A DNA stretch of 64,000 bases from Burkholderiales bacterium (GTDB taxonomy: Bacteria; Pseudomonadota; Gammaproteobacteria; Burkholderiales; JAHFRG01), in contig DASZZH010000038.1 of the NCBI GenBank assembly GCA_035543335.1, positions 6,950 to 70,949 of the forward strand. The letters are read 5' to 3'. The notes under the pieces are model-generated. The model saw only the letters and a list, made by a program, of their open reading frames with translations, was not told the origin of the DNA and searched no databases. This document shows positions 9,967 through 21,681 of this stretch, in pieces. The position numbers were made by a program, and so were the translations under genes. Position 1 is the first letter of the stretch, and each line of letters begins with the position of its first letter.

Positions 9967-10671
9967 ATGGAGAGACGCGAATTCATCAAAATCTGCGCCG
10001 GGGCCGCAGCTGTGGCGGCGGTCAACAACGGCTTCGCCGCGCAAAACACCGAGCCCCGATTCTATGCCCGCGCCCGGCTGGTGGATTACGACGGCCGCCC
10101 GCTCCAGGCGTCCCGGCTGCAAATCAAGCAAAACTATATTTTCCACTATCCGTTTCAGGGTACGCCGTGCTTCCTGTTGAATCTCGGCAAACCCACTACG
10201 AGCCAGGCAATGCTGCTCACCGCCGATGGCAAAAGCTATCACTGGAAAGGCGGGGTAGGCGCAAACCATTCCGTTGTCGCTTATTCAGCAATCTGCGCTC
10301 ACCGCCTGGCCTACCCCACCAAGCAGATCAGCTTTATCAGCTACCGTGGCGACGTCAGCTCAAAAATCGGGAAACCTGACGTGATTCACTGCTGCGCCGA
10401 GCACAGCGAATACGATCCTGCGCAGGGTGCAAAGGTGGTTTCCGGCCCGGCACCACAGCCGCTGGCGGCAATTATCCTTGAGCACGACAAGAACACCGAC
10501 GAGCTCTATGCGGTCGGCACGCTTGGTGGAGAGCTGTTCAACAATTTCTTTTCCAAGTACGACTTCAAGCTGGCTTTGGAGTATGGCTCCAAGAAAGCGC
10601 AGAAACAGGTAACCGGCGATGTCATCGTCACCGAGTTGACAAACTTTTGCCAACAGCAAGTCAGGTGCTAG
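9967..10671 (+). CDS. Tat-exported Rieske [2Fe-2S] protein
   Basis: ERREFIK twin-arginine signal; SAICAH and CCAEHSEYD ligand motifs; SGPAPQPL proline loop. Confidence 0.8.
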   Translation: MERREFIKICAGAAAVAAVNNGFAAQNTEPRFYARARLVDYDGRPLQASRLQIKQNYIFHYPFQGTPCFLLNLGKPTTSQAMLLTADGKSYHWKGGVGANHSVVAYSAICAHRLAYPTKQISFISYRGDVSSKIGKPDVIHCCAEHSEYDPAQGAKVVSGPAPQPLAAIILEHDKNTDELYAVGTLGGELFNNFFSKYDFKLALEYGSKKAQKQVTGDVIVTELTNFCQQQVRC

Positions 10672-10718
10672 ATAACGCCGCTCGGCAGTTTAATAACCCA
10701 AACAGCAAAGGAGATGAA

Positions 10719-11255
10719 ATGAGAATATTGCTTGCAGCATTATCTTGCTCGCTGATTATGGCGGGCTGCGCCTGGCTGCCCGGCAAAACCGCCTCTGCCA
10801 CCGCAAACCTGCAGCCTACCAAGGGCAATAAGGTTTGGGGCACCGTCACTTTCACCCAAAAAGGCAGCAAAGTGCTGGTGGTAGCGAACGTAAACGGCCT
10901 AACCCCTGGCTTGCACGGTTTTCACGTTCACGAAAAAGGCGATTGCAGTGCGGCCGACGGAATGAGCGCCGGAGGGCATTTCAATCCCGCCGGCAAACCC
11001 CACGGCACTCCGGACAGCGCAGAACGCCACGGCGGCGACCTGGGCAATCTCACCGCAGATAAATCGGGCAACGCCACGCTTTCAATTGAAGTGGATGGCA
11101 TCACCCTGGATCAGACGGCCAACAGCATTGTCGGCAAAGGCGTAATCGTGCACGCCAATCCGGATGACCTGAAATCACAGCCCGCAGGAAATGCCGGGCC
11201 CAGGGTGACTTGCGGCGTGATCCGCCTCACTGAGAAGGCGAAATCCGGTTATTAA
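10719..11255 (+). CDS. sodC: Cu/Zn superoxide dismutase (lipoprotein)
   Basis: HGFHVHE, SAGGHFNP, HGGDLGN and GNAGPRVTCG motifs; lipobox MAGC. Confidence 0.93.
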   Translation: MRILLAALSCSLIMAGCAWLPGKTASATANLQPTKGNKVWGTVTFTQKGSKVLVVANVNGLTPGLHGFHVHEKGDCSAADGMSAGGHFNPAGKPHGTPDSAERHGGDLGNLTADKSGNATLSIEVDGITLDQTANSIVGKGVIVHANPDDLKSQPAGNAGPRVTCGVIRLTEKAKSGY

Positions 11256-11313
11256 GGCAATACACAGTATCTGAAGCTAAGCCGAGCCGGGAATCATCGC
11301 TTAAAATAAAGCG

Positions 11314-12012
11314 ATGATTCCCTGGCTTACCTCCGATCACTCCTTTCCGCCGCCGGAGCTTGCGCTCATCGAGCCAAACGGCTTGCTTGCCGCAGGCGGC
11401 GATTTGTCCCCCAAGCGCCTGGTCGAAGCCTATTCGAAAGGGATTTTCCCCTGGTTCAACCAAGGCGAGCCGATACTGTGGTGGAGCCCCGATCCGCGAA
11501 TGGTGCTTTTCCCTGCCGAACTCAAGATTTCGCGCTCATTGCGCAAGGTGTTGAAGAAACGCGATTATGAAATCCGCGTCGACACCGCCTTTGCCGAGGT
11601 GATGAAAAGCTGCGCGGCTCCCCGCCGCGGCCAGCCCGGAACGTGGATTACGCCTGACATGATGCAGGCTTATCAGGAATTGCACCGACTGGGCCTCGCG
11701 CATTCGCTGGAAACCCGGATCGGCGGCAAACTGGCAGGGGGACTCTACGGCGTGGCGCTGGGCCGCGTGTTTTTCGGGGAATCCATGTTTGCGCGCCGGA
11801 CCGATGCTTCGAAAATCGCTTTTGTCCATTTGGTGAGGCAGTTAAGCCGCTGGGGCTTTGGCCTGATTGACTGCCAGATGAAAACCGCGCATCTGGCTTC
11901 GTTCGGCGCGCGCGAGATTCCGCGCAAGCAATTTACGCGGAAGCTGGAAGAATTGATAAACTATGCGGGTATCCAAGGAAAATGGCGTCTCGACCATGAC
12001 TTATTTGAATGA
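11314..12012 (+). CDS. aat: Leucyl/phenylalanyl-tRNA-protein transferase
   Basis: [21 protein letters not shown] and FFGESMF motifs. Confidence 0.95.
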   Translation: MIPWLTSDHSFPPPELALIEPNGLLAAGGDLSPKRLVEAYSKGIFPWFNQGEPILWWSPDPRMVLFPAELKISRSLRKVLKKRDYEIRVDTAFAEVMKSCAAPRRGQPGTWITPDMMQAYQELHRLGLAHSLETRIGGKLAGGLYGVALGRVFFGESMFARRTDASKIAFVHLVRQLSRWGFGLIDCQMKTAHLASFGAREIPRKQFTRKLEELINYAGIQGKWRLDHDLFE

Positions 12013-12733
12013 ATTCCCGCTGTCGGTGCTACAGTTCTACGCCACAGCCCCTTACCCGTGCAGCTATCTGACGGGGAAAATGGCGCGCTCGCAGGTCGCC
12101 ACCCCCAGCCACCTGATTGACACCTCAGTCTACAGCGAGCTGGTGAAAACCGGCTTCCGCCGCAGCGGCGCGTTTACCTACCGGCCGCATTGCGACAGCT
12201 GCCGCGCTTGCGTGCCGGTGCGCATCATCGCCGGCGCTTATTGCCCCACGCGCACCCAGCGCCGCACCTGGAAGCGTCACCAGAATCTGCGCGCGGAAAT
12301 GCTGGAGCTTAAATATCATCCCGAGCATTACGCGCTGTATCTGCGCTATCAGGCCAAGCGTCATTCCGGCGGTGGCATGGACCAGGACAGTCGCGAACAA
12401 TACCAGCATTTCCTACTACAGAGCAATGTGGATTCGCAGCTGGTGGAATTCCGCGAAGGACGCGACTTGCGCATGGTGAGCATCATCGACCGCCTGCACG
12501 ACGGCCTGTCCTCGGTCTACACCTTCTTCGAGCCCAATCTTCCGGGCGCGAGCCTCGGCACCTACAACATCATGTGGCAAATCGAACTGTGCAGGGATCT
12601 CGGCCAGCAGTATCTCTATCTCGGCTACTGGATCGGGGAAAGCCGCAAGATGGCGTACAAGGCAAACTTCCAGCCGATTGAGGGGTTGATAAACGACCGC
12701 TGGCAATCGCTGCCGGCGCCGGCCCGGCGTTGA
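11996..12733 (+). CDS. bpt: Arginyl-tRNA-protein transferase family protein (Bpt/Ate)
   Basis: [30 protein letters not shown] and KMAYK motifs; adjacent to aat. Confidence 0.88.
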   Translation: MTYLNEFPLSVLQFYATAPYPCSYLTGKMARSQVATPSHLIDTSVYSELVKTGFRRSGAFTYRPHCDSCRACVPVRIIAGAYCPTRTQRRTWKRHQNLRAEMLELKYHPEHYALYLRYQAKRHSGGGMDQDSREQYQHFLLQSNVDSQLVEFREGRDLRMVSIIDRLHDGLSSVYTFFEPNLPGASLGTYNIMWQIELCRDLGQQYLYLGYWIGESRKMAYKANFQPIEGLINDRWQSLPAPARR

Positions 12734-14676
12734 GGTCGATCATTTCCTCTTCCGGCGGTTGGTTGCGGCGGATTTATGAATCCGGCCGGTTTGGCATTCT
12801 ATATTTAGCCGCCACGCTGTATCTCATCATTTCCTTCCTCACCCGCATCGTTTTGGCGGTGCGCCCGATCCAGGAAGGCCAAATCGCGGTCGGTTCTCTC
12901 GCCGCCATCCTGCCCGTCGGCACGCTGTACGACCTCATCACCTGCCTTTACCTTTTCGCGCCTTTCGCGCTGTATCTGTTTCTGTTCCCGCAAAAAGCGT
13001 TCCGCTCGATTGGACAGCGCGTTTTTCTGATCACCGCATTTGCCGCTTCGCTGTACGGCCTCATTTATCTCGGCGCGGTAGAATACTACTTTTTTGACGA
13101 GTTCAACTCGCGTTTTAATTTCGTCGCTGTTGAATACCTGGTGTTCCCGCATGAAGTGTTCGTCAACATCTGGGAATCCTACCCGGTGGGGTGGGCGCTG
13201 ATTGGTGCCGCCCTGGTCACCTTCGCCGCGATGTGGCGGTTTTACCCCATGCTCAACCGCAGCATGCTGAAAGAAGAGCGGCTGGCTGTGCGCGTGAAGC
13301 CTTTCGGCACATGGATGATTCTGCTCCTGATCGTGCATGCCGCCGTCAACATCAATACCGGCCGCTATTCGGAAAACCGCGTCGCCAACGAGCTCACGGC
13401 AAACGGCATTTATTCATTCTTCAACGCCGCGATGAACAGCGGAATGGATTACCCGAACTTCTACACTACCATCTCCGCCGAGGAAGCGGAGCACCGCTTG
13501 CGCCAGCTGGTGGCGCAACCCAACTCAACCTTTATCTCCGGCTCCAACAACCCCATCGCGCGGCGCATTGAGAATCCCGGAAAGCCCCTGCTGCTCAATG
13601 TCGTGATTCTGCTTGAAGAATCCCTTGGCGCCGATTTTATCGGCGCCTACGGCGACACGCGCGGCCTCAGCCCCAATATCGACCGCATCGCCAAGGACAG
13701 CGTGATGTTCACCAACGTCTACGCCACCGGCACGCGCACCGTGCGCGGCATGGAAGCGGTGTCCGCTTCCTTCCCGCCGGTGCCGGCCGAAGCGATCGTG
13801 AAACGCCCCAACAACGAAGGCATGTTCAACTGGTCGACGGTGATGAAGAAAAACGGCTACGCGCCGACTTTCATCTACGGCGGCTTTGGCACTTTCGACA
13901 ACATGAACTACTTTTTCGGCAATAACGGCTACCGTGTGGTGGACCGCACCGACCTGGACCCGCCGAAATTCAGCAATATCTGGGGCGTGTCTGACGAAGA
14001 CCTGTTCCGCAACGCCCTGCGCATTTTCGACCAGCAGAGCGCGCGCGGCGAGAAAATCTTCTCCATCGTGATGACCACGTCAAACCATAAACCCTTCACC
14101 TTCCCGGAAGGGGTGCCCGGCGTGCCCGCCAAAGGCGGCCGCCGCGAGGCCGGCGTGCGTTACGCCGACTACGCCATCGGCAAGTTCTTCGAGGAAATCA
14201 AAAACAGACCTTATTTCAATGACACGCTTATCATCATCACCGGCGACCACGGCGCGCGGGTCTATGGGAAAGAAGATATCCCCTTGCGCAGCTATGAGCT
14301 GCCGCTCTTGATTTACGCACCCGGGCATTTCAAGCCGCACCAAGTAGATACTCTGACGGGCCAGATTGATATCGCGCCCACCGTGCTCGGCATGCTCAAT
14401 ATTTCCTACGACAGCGTGTTTTTCGGCAAAGACGTGTTTAAATGCAACCCAAAAGACAGGTTTGTGCTGCTCAACCACAACCGCGATATCGCCTTTTACG
14501 ATGGCACCAAGCTCACCGAACTCAATTTCCGCAAAACCGGCATCACTTATCTCTACGACAAGAAGACCAATCGCCAGACCAAGACTGCGCTTGACCAAGA
14601 ACAAATGAAAAATGCGGCAAGCGTGTTCCAGTTGGCCTACGATTTTTATATCAACCGCCGCTACGGCTGGCATTAA
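12730..14676 (+). CDS. LTA synthase family / phosphoglycerol transferase-like sulfatase
   Basis: N-terminal TM bundle; [19 protein letters not shown] and GDHG motifs. Confidence 0.85.
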   Translation: MRSIISSSGGWLRRIYESGRFGILYLAATLYLIISFLTRIVLAVRPIQEGQIAVGSLAAILPVGTLYDLITCLYLFAPFALYLFLFPQKAFRSIGQRVFLITAFAASLYGLIYLGAVEYYFFDEFNSRFNFVAVEYLVFPHEVFVNIWESYPVGWALIGAALVTFAAMWRFYPMLNRSMLKEERLAVRVKPFGTWMILLLIVHAAVNINTGRYSENRVANELTANGIYSFFNAAMNSGMDYPNFYTTISAEEAEHRLRQLVAQPNSTFISGSNNPIARRIENPGKPLLLNVVILLEESLGADFIGAYGDTRGLSPNIDRIAKDSVMFTNVYATGTRTVRGMEAVSASFPPVPAEAIVKRPNNEGMFNWSTVMKKNGYAPTFIYGGFGTFDNMNYFFGNNGYRVVDRTDLDPPKFSNIWGVSDEDLFRNALRIFDQQSARGEKIFSIVMTTSNHKPFTFPEGVPGVPAKGGRREAGVRYADYAIGKFFEEIKNRPYFNDTLIIITGDHGARVYGKEDIPLRSYELPLLIYAPGHFKPHQVDTLTGQIDIAPTVLGMLNISYDSVFFGKDVFKCNPKDRFVLLNHNRDIAFYDGTKLTELNFRKTGITYLYDKKTNRQTKTALDQEQMKNAASVFQLAYDFYINRRYGWH

Positions 14677-14701
14677 GCTGGCGCTTCCGTAAAGAACAAC
14701 A

Positions 14702-15439
14702 GTGAAATCAGCGCAGACGACGCAAAGACGAAACAGCGCTTCGCGTTTTTACCTTTTGCATCTGGTCATTCCCCTGGTTGCGGCTAGCCTCGTCCTGTGG
14801 TTGATTTACCTACTGGGCATTGACGAGCGCGTCACGCGCCTGTTTTTCGACCCGGTAACCCAACAGTTTCCATTGCGCAACCACTGGTTTCTCGAAGTGG
14901 TGATGCACCGTTGGGCCAAATATGCGGTAGTAATTCTCGGTGTGGCAGTGCTGGCAGCTTATCTTCTTTCGTTCCGCATTGCTTCGCTCGCTCCACTACG
15001 CCGTGTTCTCCTCTTTCTGGTGCTGGCGATGGGGCTTTCTTCAGGGACGGTGAGCTATCTCAAAAGCGTGAGCAACAAGCAATGCCCTTATGATTTAAAA
15101 ATGTACGGCGGCTATGCGCCTTACATCGCCTTGTTTGAAAAAACTCCGGAAGGTGTCAAGCCGGGCAAATGCTGGCCGGGTGGGCATTCTTCTACCGGTT
15201 TTTGTCTGATGGCGTTTTATTTTGCCGGGCAGCATTTGCGCAGACGGCGTCTCGCGTATTGGGGACTGTTCGGCGGCTTTGGCCTGGGCTTTGTTCTCGG
15301 CTTCGGGCGCGTCATGCAGGGTGCGCATTTCCTGTCGCACCATCTCTGGACGGCGCTGATTTGTTGGCTGGTGATGCTGGCTCTGTACCAATTGCTATTG
15401 CGGCGCCAGCCGATTCCCGAAAAGGTGGCCGGCTCATAG
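14702..15439 (+). CDS. PAP2 family membrane phosphatase
   Basis: K...CP, CWPGGHSS and RVMQGAHFLSH motifs. Confidence 0.85.
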   Translation: MKSAQTTQRRNSASRFYLLHLVIPLVAASLVLWLIYLLGIDERVTRLFFDPVTQQFPLRNHWFLEVVMHRWAKYAVVILGVAVLAAYLLSFRIASLAPLRRVLLFLVLAMGLSSGTVSYLKSVSNKQCPYDLKMYGGYAPYIALFEKTPEGVKPGKCWPGGHSSTGFCLMAFYFAGQHLRRRRLAYWGLFGGFGLGFVLGFGRVMQGAHFLSHHLWTALICWLVMLALYQLLLRRQPIPEKVAGS

Positions 15440-15486
15440 GCCTTATAAAATTTTTCCGCTTCAACGGAAACAGTTAAAATCACGCC

Positions 15487-16515
15487 ATGCTTTATTCCCT
15501 GTTGCGACCCCTGCTGTTCAGGCTCGATGCCGAAACCTCCCATCATTTAACGCTCGCTTCCCTGCATCTTGGTCACGCCCTAGGCCTGGGCGGATTTTTC
15601 GGGAAACGGGCCCAGGGCAAGCCCTGCCAAGTCATGGGACTGGATTTTCCCAATCCCGTGGGACTTGCGGCGGGAGTGGACAAAAATGGCGAATACATAG
15701 ACGCGCTCGCCACGCTGGGTTTCGGGTTCATCGAAGTCGGTACCGTGACACCCCGCCCTCAGCCGGGAAATCCTCGCCCGCGATTGTTTCGGGTTCCGCA
15801 GGCCCGGGCCCTCGTCAACCGCATGGGTTTCAACAATCACGGCGTGGACAGATTGATAGAAAACATCCGCCTCGCGCGCTACAAAGGGATATTGGGCATC
15901 AACATCGGCAAGAATGCCGACACGCCGATGGAAAATGCGGCCGATGACTATATCGCCTGCCTGCGCAAGATATATCCGTTTGCAAGTTATGTTGCCATTA
16001 ACATTTCCTCGCCGAACACGCAAGGCTTGCGCGAGCTGCAGCAAAAACAGGAACTCGACTCGTTGCTGTCCGTCTTAAAGGAAGAACATAAGAAACTTGC
16101 CAAGCTGTTTGGAAAACAGGCGCCGCTAGTACTGAAAATCGCGCCCGATATCGGTGAGCGGGAAATTAGCGACATCACCGCGCTGTTGCTGGCGCATAAA
16201 ATCGACGGCGTGATTGCCACCAACACCACGGTTTCGCGCGCCGGAATCAAGGGCTTAAGCCAGGAAAGCGGCGGTGTAAGCGGCGCACCGCTTAATGAAA
16301 AATCCACCGTCGTCATCCGTCAGCTGGCAGCCGCGCTGCAAGGGCAACTGCCTATCATAGGGGTGGGTGGCATCATGAGCGGCACGGACGCATCGGAAAA
16401 GCTGCAAGCCGGCGCAAGCCTGGTGCAGATTTACAGCGGCTTGATTTACCGCGGCCCGGCGCTGGTAGCTGAAATCATTGAATCACTAACCGAACAAACT
16501 GGCGCTGCCGTGTGA
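15487..16515 (+). CDS. pyrD: Quinone-dependent dihydroorotate dehydrogenase (class 2)
   Basis: [27 protein letters not shown] and GGVSGAP motifs. Confidence 0.95.
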   Translation: MLYSLLRPLLFRLDAETSHHLTLASLHLGHALGLGGFFGKRAQGKPCQVMGLDFPNPVGLAAGVDKNGEYIDALATLGFGFIEVGTVTPRPQPGNPRPRLFRVPQARALVNRMGFNNHGVDRLIENIRLARYKGILGINIGKNADTPMENAADDYIACLRKIYPFASYVAINISSPNTQGLRELQQKQELDSLLSVLKEEHKKLAKLFGKQAPLVLKIAPDIGEREISDITALLLAHKIDGVIATNTTVSRAGIKGLSQESGGVSGAPLNEKSTVVIRQLAAALQGQLPIIGVGGIMSGTDASEKLQAGASLVQIYSGLIYRGPALVAEIIESLTEQTGAAV

Positions 16516-16635
16516 CATGCGAATGTGCTCCGCAGTCCATCCCGCATAACCTAGCCGCGCATTGCCGTCGCCACGACATCCGGCACCTTGCCTCAGCATA
16601 TAATCCAAACATCTATCTATATAACCTCAGCATGG

Positions 16636-16676
16636 TTGAATGACGCATCCTTAAAAGCGATAATGCATGCTTTTAA
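16636..16676 (+). promoter_or_regulatory. Putative sigma70 promoter with a palindrome flanking the -10 box
   Basis: TTGAAT-17 nt-GATAAT; ttaaaagc (16651-16658) and gcttttaa (16669-16676) form an inverted repeat. Confidence 0.45.
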
Positions 16677-16697
16677 ACGGATTCCGTCAAACCACGC

Positions 16698-19600
16698 ATG
16701 ACTACGCATCAGGAAACAGCGCTTAAGCTGCGTCACGGGCTTTCTTTCGAAGACCTCTATCGCCGGGATGGCTTGCTGCGGCTCGATGCCGCGTTTCTGA
16801 ATTTTCTCGGCGAAGCGGATGTCGCGCTGCGCCGACGCATCGAAGTCGGGCGCATCCTCAACGCCGACGAACTCGCTAAAAAGGAAGAATCGGAACTCCT
16901 GATTGCAGTTGCACCGCATCTCGATGATTTCATCGCCGATTTATTCGGTATCGAAAGCGAGGTGCGGAAACTTTCCGCCCGGCATCACGAGCTTGCGCCG
17001 CTTTATTCCTGCAAGCGCCTGTTCGTGCAGCGCAGAGCGATGAACAAGGTGAAACCCGAGGAAGCCGCCGCGGTTGACGGCCCCGCGGTCGAGAAGCGGC
17101 TGGAGGCGCTGTTTGGCGAGCCGTTTTCCGAGCTTGCATTCGCCAGGCATGTCAGCGAATGGCAAAAGGATGACGCGGCAAACGCCGACAAGCTGCAAAC
17201 CGCTCTGCTCTACGCCGCTTGGGCGGCGACCACGCCGGCGGGACACCAACGCCACTGCAGCGGTGTATTGTTCAAGGCGCCGCACAAGCTCGACTTCATG
17301 CGCCTGGTGCCGGTTGTCACCGACGAGAGCCAAGGCTTCGCCGCTTTTACCCTTGATGAAAAGCATCTGCGCCGCCGCGAAGGATTCAAGCTCACCGACC
17401 CGGGGACTGATTTGGTCGGCGCCCTGGACGAGGCCAACTACTGCATCTGGTGTCACGAGCAAGGCAAAGATTCCTGCTCTACAGGGCTCAAGGAAAAGGG
17501 CGCGCCGCGACACGGAAGCGCAGCCGAGAGCGGGAGCGGCGCGCCGCCCACCATCTCCGCACAAAGCTTCGCTCACCGTGATCCGGTGGGTCCTGCCGAT
17601 GGATTCAAAAAGAGCCCGTTTGGCGAAACGCTCGCCGGCTGCCCGCTCGAAGAAAAAATTTCCGAGTTCCATAAGGTGAAGACCGAAGGCCAGGCAATCG
17701 GCGCGTTGGCAATCATCGCGGTGGACAACCCGATGGTCGCCGCCACGGGACACCGCATCTGCAACGACTGCATGAAGTCCTGCATTTACCAGAAGCAGGA
17801 ACCGGTCAACATCCCGCAGGCGGAGACGCGCACGCTGAAAGATGTGCTGGAGCTGTCGTGGGGCTTTGAAATTTACAGCCTGCTCACCCGCTGGAATCCG
17901 CTGGACTTGCGCCACCCCTATCCCAGGCCCGCCACCGGCAGGCGCGTGCTGATTGCCGGCATGGGACCGGCGGGCTTCACACTTGCGCACTATTTAATGA
18001 ACGACGGCCATATAGTGGTCGGCATAGACGGATTGAAAATCGAACCGCTCCCCGCCGAAATTTCAGGCGTGGATACACACGGCAAACGCGTGCCGTTCAA
18101 GCCGATCCGCGACATTGGCGAATTGTACGAATCGCTGGACGACCGGGTGATGGCGGGTTTCGGCGGCGTGGCCGAATACGGCATCACCGTGCGCTGGGAT
18201 AAGAATTTCCTGAAACTGATCCGCCTGCTCCTGGAGCGGCGCAGCCAGTTCGCGATGTTTGGTGGCGTGCGCTTTGGCGGCACGCTCACGGTAGACGAAG
18301 CTTTTGCGCAAGGCTTCGATCATATTACACTGGCGGCAGGCGCCGGTCGTCCGACGGTGATAGACATGCCGAATGGCTTGGCGCGCGGGGTGCGCACCGC
18401 TTCCGATTTTCTGATGGCGCTGCAATTGACCGGCGCAGCCAAAGCGGATTCGATTGCCAACATGCAGCTCGGACTGCCAGTGGTGGTAATCGGCGGTGGC
18501 TTGACCGCAATCGACACCGCGACCGAATCACTTGCCTATTATCCATTGCAGGTCGAGAAATTCCTGCTGCGCTACGAAACGCTCATCGCAGAGCGTGGCG
18601 TTACCGCCGTGCGCCGCAACTGGCACCCCGAAGAACGGCATATCGCCGATGAGTTTCTCGAGCACGCCCGGGCCATCCGCGCCGAACGCGCAGCCGCTCA
18701 AGCCGAAGGCCGTAAGTCGCGCATCCTGGAATTACTGCAAAGCTGGGGCGGCGTGACCATCGCTTACCGCAAGCGCCTGATCGACAGTCCCTCGTATACC
18801 CTGAACCACGAAGAAGTGGACAAAGCGTTGCAGGAAGGCGTGCGCTTTGCCGAAGGCTTGAACCCGCTGCGCGTGGAAGTGGATTCATTTGGCGCGGCGC
18901 GCGCCATCCGCATGTCGGTGCAGAGCAGAGACGCAGCAGGCCACTGGAGTGAAGTCAATCAAGTCGAACTTCCCGCACACACCATTCTGGTCGCGGCGGG
19001 AACACAGCCCAATACTGTTCTGGCGCGCGAGGATCCAGGGAATTTCAAACTGGACGGCCGCTACTTCCAGGCCTGCGACGAAGACGGCAATCCGGTAAAA
19101 CCCGAGCGCAATATTTCCAAGCCGAAGACCGCGAACGTGCTTTTGTCGAAGCGCAGTGACGGGCGCTTTATCAGCTTCTTCGGAGATCTGCATCCTTCCT
19201 ATTATGGCAATGTAGTGAAAGCGCTGGGCGGGGCGAAGCAAGGCTACCCGGTAGTGAGCGGCGTGCTGGAGCGCGTAAAACCGGCTAGCGGCAAAAGCGA
19301 TGCGGAATTCTTTGCGCACCTCAATAATGAACTGCGTGCCACGGTGCACGAGGTAATCCGCCTCACGCCAAGCATCGTCGAAGTCGTGGTCAAAGCGCCA
19401 CAAGCGGCGCGCCGCTTCCGTCCCGGTCAGTTCTACCGGCTGCAGAATTATGAAACCCGCGCGATTAAAGTGGACGGCACGCAGCTCACAATGGAAGGCC
19501 TGGCGCTCACCGGGGCTTGGGTCGACACCAAGAAAGGTTTGGTTTCCACCATCGCTCTGGAAATGGGCGGCTCTGCCGATTTGTGCGCGCTACTCGAACC

Positions 19601-20312
19601 CGGAGAACCGGTAATTCTGATGGGACCAACCGGCTCACCCACTGAGATTCCTTCGGATGAAACGGTAATTCTAGTCGGGGGCGGCCTGGGTAATGCGGTG
19701 CTTTTCTCCATCGGCCAGGCGTTGCGCCGCGCCGGTTCCAGGGTGCTGTATTTCGCCGGCTACAAGAAAATGATAGACCGCTACAAGATGGAAGAAATCG
19801 AGGCCGCTGCAGACGTGGCGGTGTGGTGCTGCGACGAACATCCTGGTTTCCAGCCAAGCCGGCCGCAGGACCACGCTTTTGTCGGCAACATCGTGCAGGG
19901 CATCACCGCCTACGCCAGGGGCGCGCTGGGGCCGCAGCAGATTGCCGTACCCGACGCCGACCGCATTATCGCCATCGGCTCGGACAAGATGATGGCGGCG
20001 GTGGCCGAAGCCCGCCATACGGTGCTGAAGTCTTGCCTCAAGCCGCATCATTTCGCCATCGGCTCAATCAACTCGCCGATGCAGTGCATGATGAAGGAAA
20101 TCTGTTCGCAGTGCCTGCAGCCGCACGTTAATCCGGAAACCGGCAAGATTACCTACGTCTTTTCCTGCTTCAACCAGGACCAGCCGCTCGACCAAGTAGA
20201 TTTCGAGGGGCTCTCCGCGCGCCTGAACCAAAATTCGCTGCAGGAGAAACTCACCGCGCAATGGATAGACCGCTGCCTCGTTCGCTTGCAACGCCGGAAA
20301 GCCGCCGCTTAA
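16698..20312 (+). CDS. Large FAD/Fe-S oxidoreductase: GltD-like module fused to a C-terminal FNR/PyrK-like module
   Basis: CIWCH...C...CP and ICNDCMKSC clusters; GMGPAG and GGGLTAID Rossmann motifs; PGQF, GPTG, GGGLG and MQCMMKEICSQC...C in the C-terminal part. Confidence 0.85.
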   Translation: MTTHQETALKLRHGLSFEDLYRRDGLLRLDAAFLNFLGEADVALRRRIEVGRILNADELAKKEESELLIAVAPHLDDFIADLFGIESEVRKLSARHHELAPLYSCKRLFVQRRAMNKVKPEEAAAVDGPAVEKRLEALFGEPFSELAFARHVSEWQKDDAANADKLQTALLYAAWAATTPAGHQRHCSGVLFKAPHKLDFMRLVPVVTDESQGFAAFTLDEKHLRRREGFKLTDPGTDLVGALDEANYCIWCHEQGKDSCSTGLKEKGAPRHGSAAESGSGAPPTISAQSFAHRDPVGPADGFKKSPFGETLAGCPLEEKISEFHKVKTEGQAIGALAIIAVDNPMVAATGHRICNDCMKSCIYQKQEPVNIPQAETRTLKDVLELSWGFEIYSLLTRWNPLDLRHPYPRPATGRRVLIAGMGPAGFTLAHYLMNDGHIVVGIDGLKIEPLPAEISGVDTHGKRVPFKPIRDIGELYESLDDRVMAGFGGVAEYGITVRWDKNFLKLIRLLLERRSQFAMFGGVRFGGTLTVDEAFAQGFDHITLAAGAGRPTVIDMPNGLARGVRTASDFLMALQLTGAAKADSIANMQLGLPVVVIGGGLTAIDTATESLAYYPLQVEKFLLRYETLIAERGVTAVRRNWHPEERHIADEFLEHARAIRAERAAAQAEGRKSRILELLQSWGGVTIAYRKRLIDSPSYTLNHEEVDKALQEGVRFAEGLNPLRVEVDSFGAARAIRMSVQSRDAAGHWSEVNQVELPAHTILVAAGTQPNTVLAREDPGNFKLDGRYFQACDEDGNPVKPERNISKPKTANVLLSKRSDGRFISFFGDLHPSYYGNVVKALGGAKQGYPVVSGVLERVKPASGKSDAEFFAHLNNELRATVHEVIRLTPSIVEVVVKAPQAARRFRPGQFYRLQNYETRAIKVDGTQLTMEGLALTGAWVDTKKGLVSTIALEMGGSADLCALLEPGEPVILMGPTGSPTEIPSDETVILVGGGLGNAVLFSIGQALRRAGSRVLYFAGYKKMIDRYKMEEIEAAADVAVWCCDEHPGFQPSRPQDHAFVGNIVQGITAYARGALGPQQIAVPDADRIIAIGSDKMMAAVAEARHTVLKSCLKPHHFAIGSINSPMQCMMKEICSQCLQPHVNPETGKITYVFSCFNQDQPLDQVDFEGLSARLNQNSLQEKLTAQWIDRCLVRLQRRKAAA

Positions 20313-20377
20313 AACAGCGGCATCTCCAACTTACCCGTTTGGCACGAATACTCTATTTTTTGCAGTAGAATTGCGGG

Positions 20378-20989
20378 ATGACTGCAAGTCTTGCCTTCGT
20401 CGAGCAAATTGATGTGATTTTGCCGCAAACCCAATGCGGCAAGTGCGGCTATGGCGGCTGCAAGCCCTATGCCGAAGCGATTGCCACAGGCGAAGCCGAC
20501 ATCAACCAATGCCCGCCCGGAGGAGCAGCAAGCATCCACAGGCTCGCGGCCCTCCTCAACCGCGAATTCAAGCCGCTCAATCTCCAATTCGGCGTGGAAA
20601 AACCGCGAGAAGTCGCGGTCATTGAAGAAGAACTCTGCATCGGCTGCACCAAGTGCATCGAAGCCTGTCCGGTGGATGCAATCATCGGCGCCTCCAAGCA
20701 AATGCACACGATAATCACCGCCGACTGTACCGGCTGTGAGCTATGTATCCCGCCCTGCCCCGTGGATTGCATACGCATGATTCCCGCCGCCCATCCGGTT
20801 TGGTCGCAACAGGATGCCGATGCGGCGCGCGAGCGCTTCAATTTCCACAACTTCCGCCTGCAGCGGGATGAGCAGGAAAAACAGCAAAAGCTCGCACAGA
20901 AAACCCAGCCGGAACATGAGCCCAAAAAAGCCGCGATCCGGGCGGCGCTGGAGCGCGCAAGAATACGCAGAATATCTCCGCAAAAATGA
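20378..20989 (+). CDS. rnfB: RnfB/RsxB-like ferredoxin
   Basis: [18 protein letters not shown]...CPPGG plus two CxxCxxCxxxCP motifs. Confidence 0.88.
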   Translation: MTASLAFVEQIDVILPQTQCGKCGYGGCKPYAEAIATGEADINQCPPGGAASIHRLAALLNREFKPLNLQFGVEKPREVAVIEEELCIGCTKCIEACPVDAIIGASKQMHTIITADCTGCELCIPPCPVDCIRMIPAAHPVWSQQDADAARERFNFHNFRLQRDEQEKQQKLAQKTQPEHEPKKAAIRAALERARIRRISPQK

Positions 20990-21624
20990 ATGCAGCCAAG
21001 CGCCGGGAGATTTTCACCCAGCTGAAAGCCGCCAATCCCGAGCCCAGCACCGAGCTGGAATACCAAACGCCTTTCGAGCTTTTGATCGCAGTTGTGCTCT
21101 CAGCGCAGGCGACCGACAAGAGCGTGAACCTCGCGACAACCCGGCTCTTCGCGGTGGCGAACACGCCGCGGCAAATTCTCGCGCTGGGCCGCGCCGGCCT
21201 GCAAAAATTCATCAGAAGCATTGGCCTCTACCGCACCAAAGCTAAAAACATCCTCACCACCTGCAAAATACTAATTGAAGAACATGGCGGTGAAGTGCCG
21301 CGCACCCGCGAGGCGCTGGAAAAGCTATCGGGCGTGGGCCGTAAAACTGCAAACGTGATACTCAACACCGCGTTCGGTGAGCCGACTATCGCGGTGGACA
21401 CGCATATCTTTCGCGTCGCTAACCGCACCGGCATTGCGCCAGGGAAAAACGTGCGCGAGGTTGAGGACAAACTCATGAAATTCGTGCCCGAGGAATTCCG
21501 CCGCGACACGCACCACTGGCTGATTCTGCACGGCCGCTACGTGTGCAAGGCGCGCAAGCCCGATTGCCCGCTATGCCTGATTCGCGATTTGTGCGAGTAC
21601 AAGGCAAAAACAGCAACAGCGTGA
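20986..21624 (+). CDS. nth: Endonuclease III
   Basis: [21 protein letters not shown] and [11 protein letters not shown] motifs. Confidence 0.96.
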   Translation: MNAAKRREIFTQLKAANPEPSTELEYQTPFELLIAVVLSAQATDKSVNLATTRLFAVANTPRQILALGRAGLQKFIRSIGLYRTKAKNILTTCKILIEEHGGEVPRTREALEKLSGVGRKTANVILNTAFGEPTIAVDTHIFRVANRTGIAPGKNVREVEDKLMKFVPEEFRRDTHHWLILHGRYVCKARKPDCPLCLIRDLCEYKAKTATA

Positions 21625-21681
21625 ATGAAGTGAATGGGGTGAAGGGTGAAGGAACGAAACAAGAGCACGTGTTAAAAGCGT

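Noticed and set aside
20339..20365. TTGGCACG upstream of rnfB as a sigma54 promoter
   Set aside because: No GC at the -12 position; a TAGAAT -10 box is more plausible
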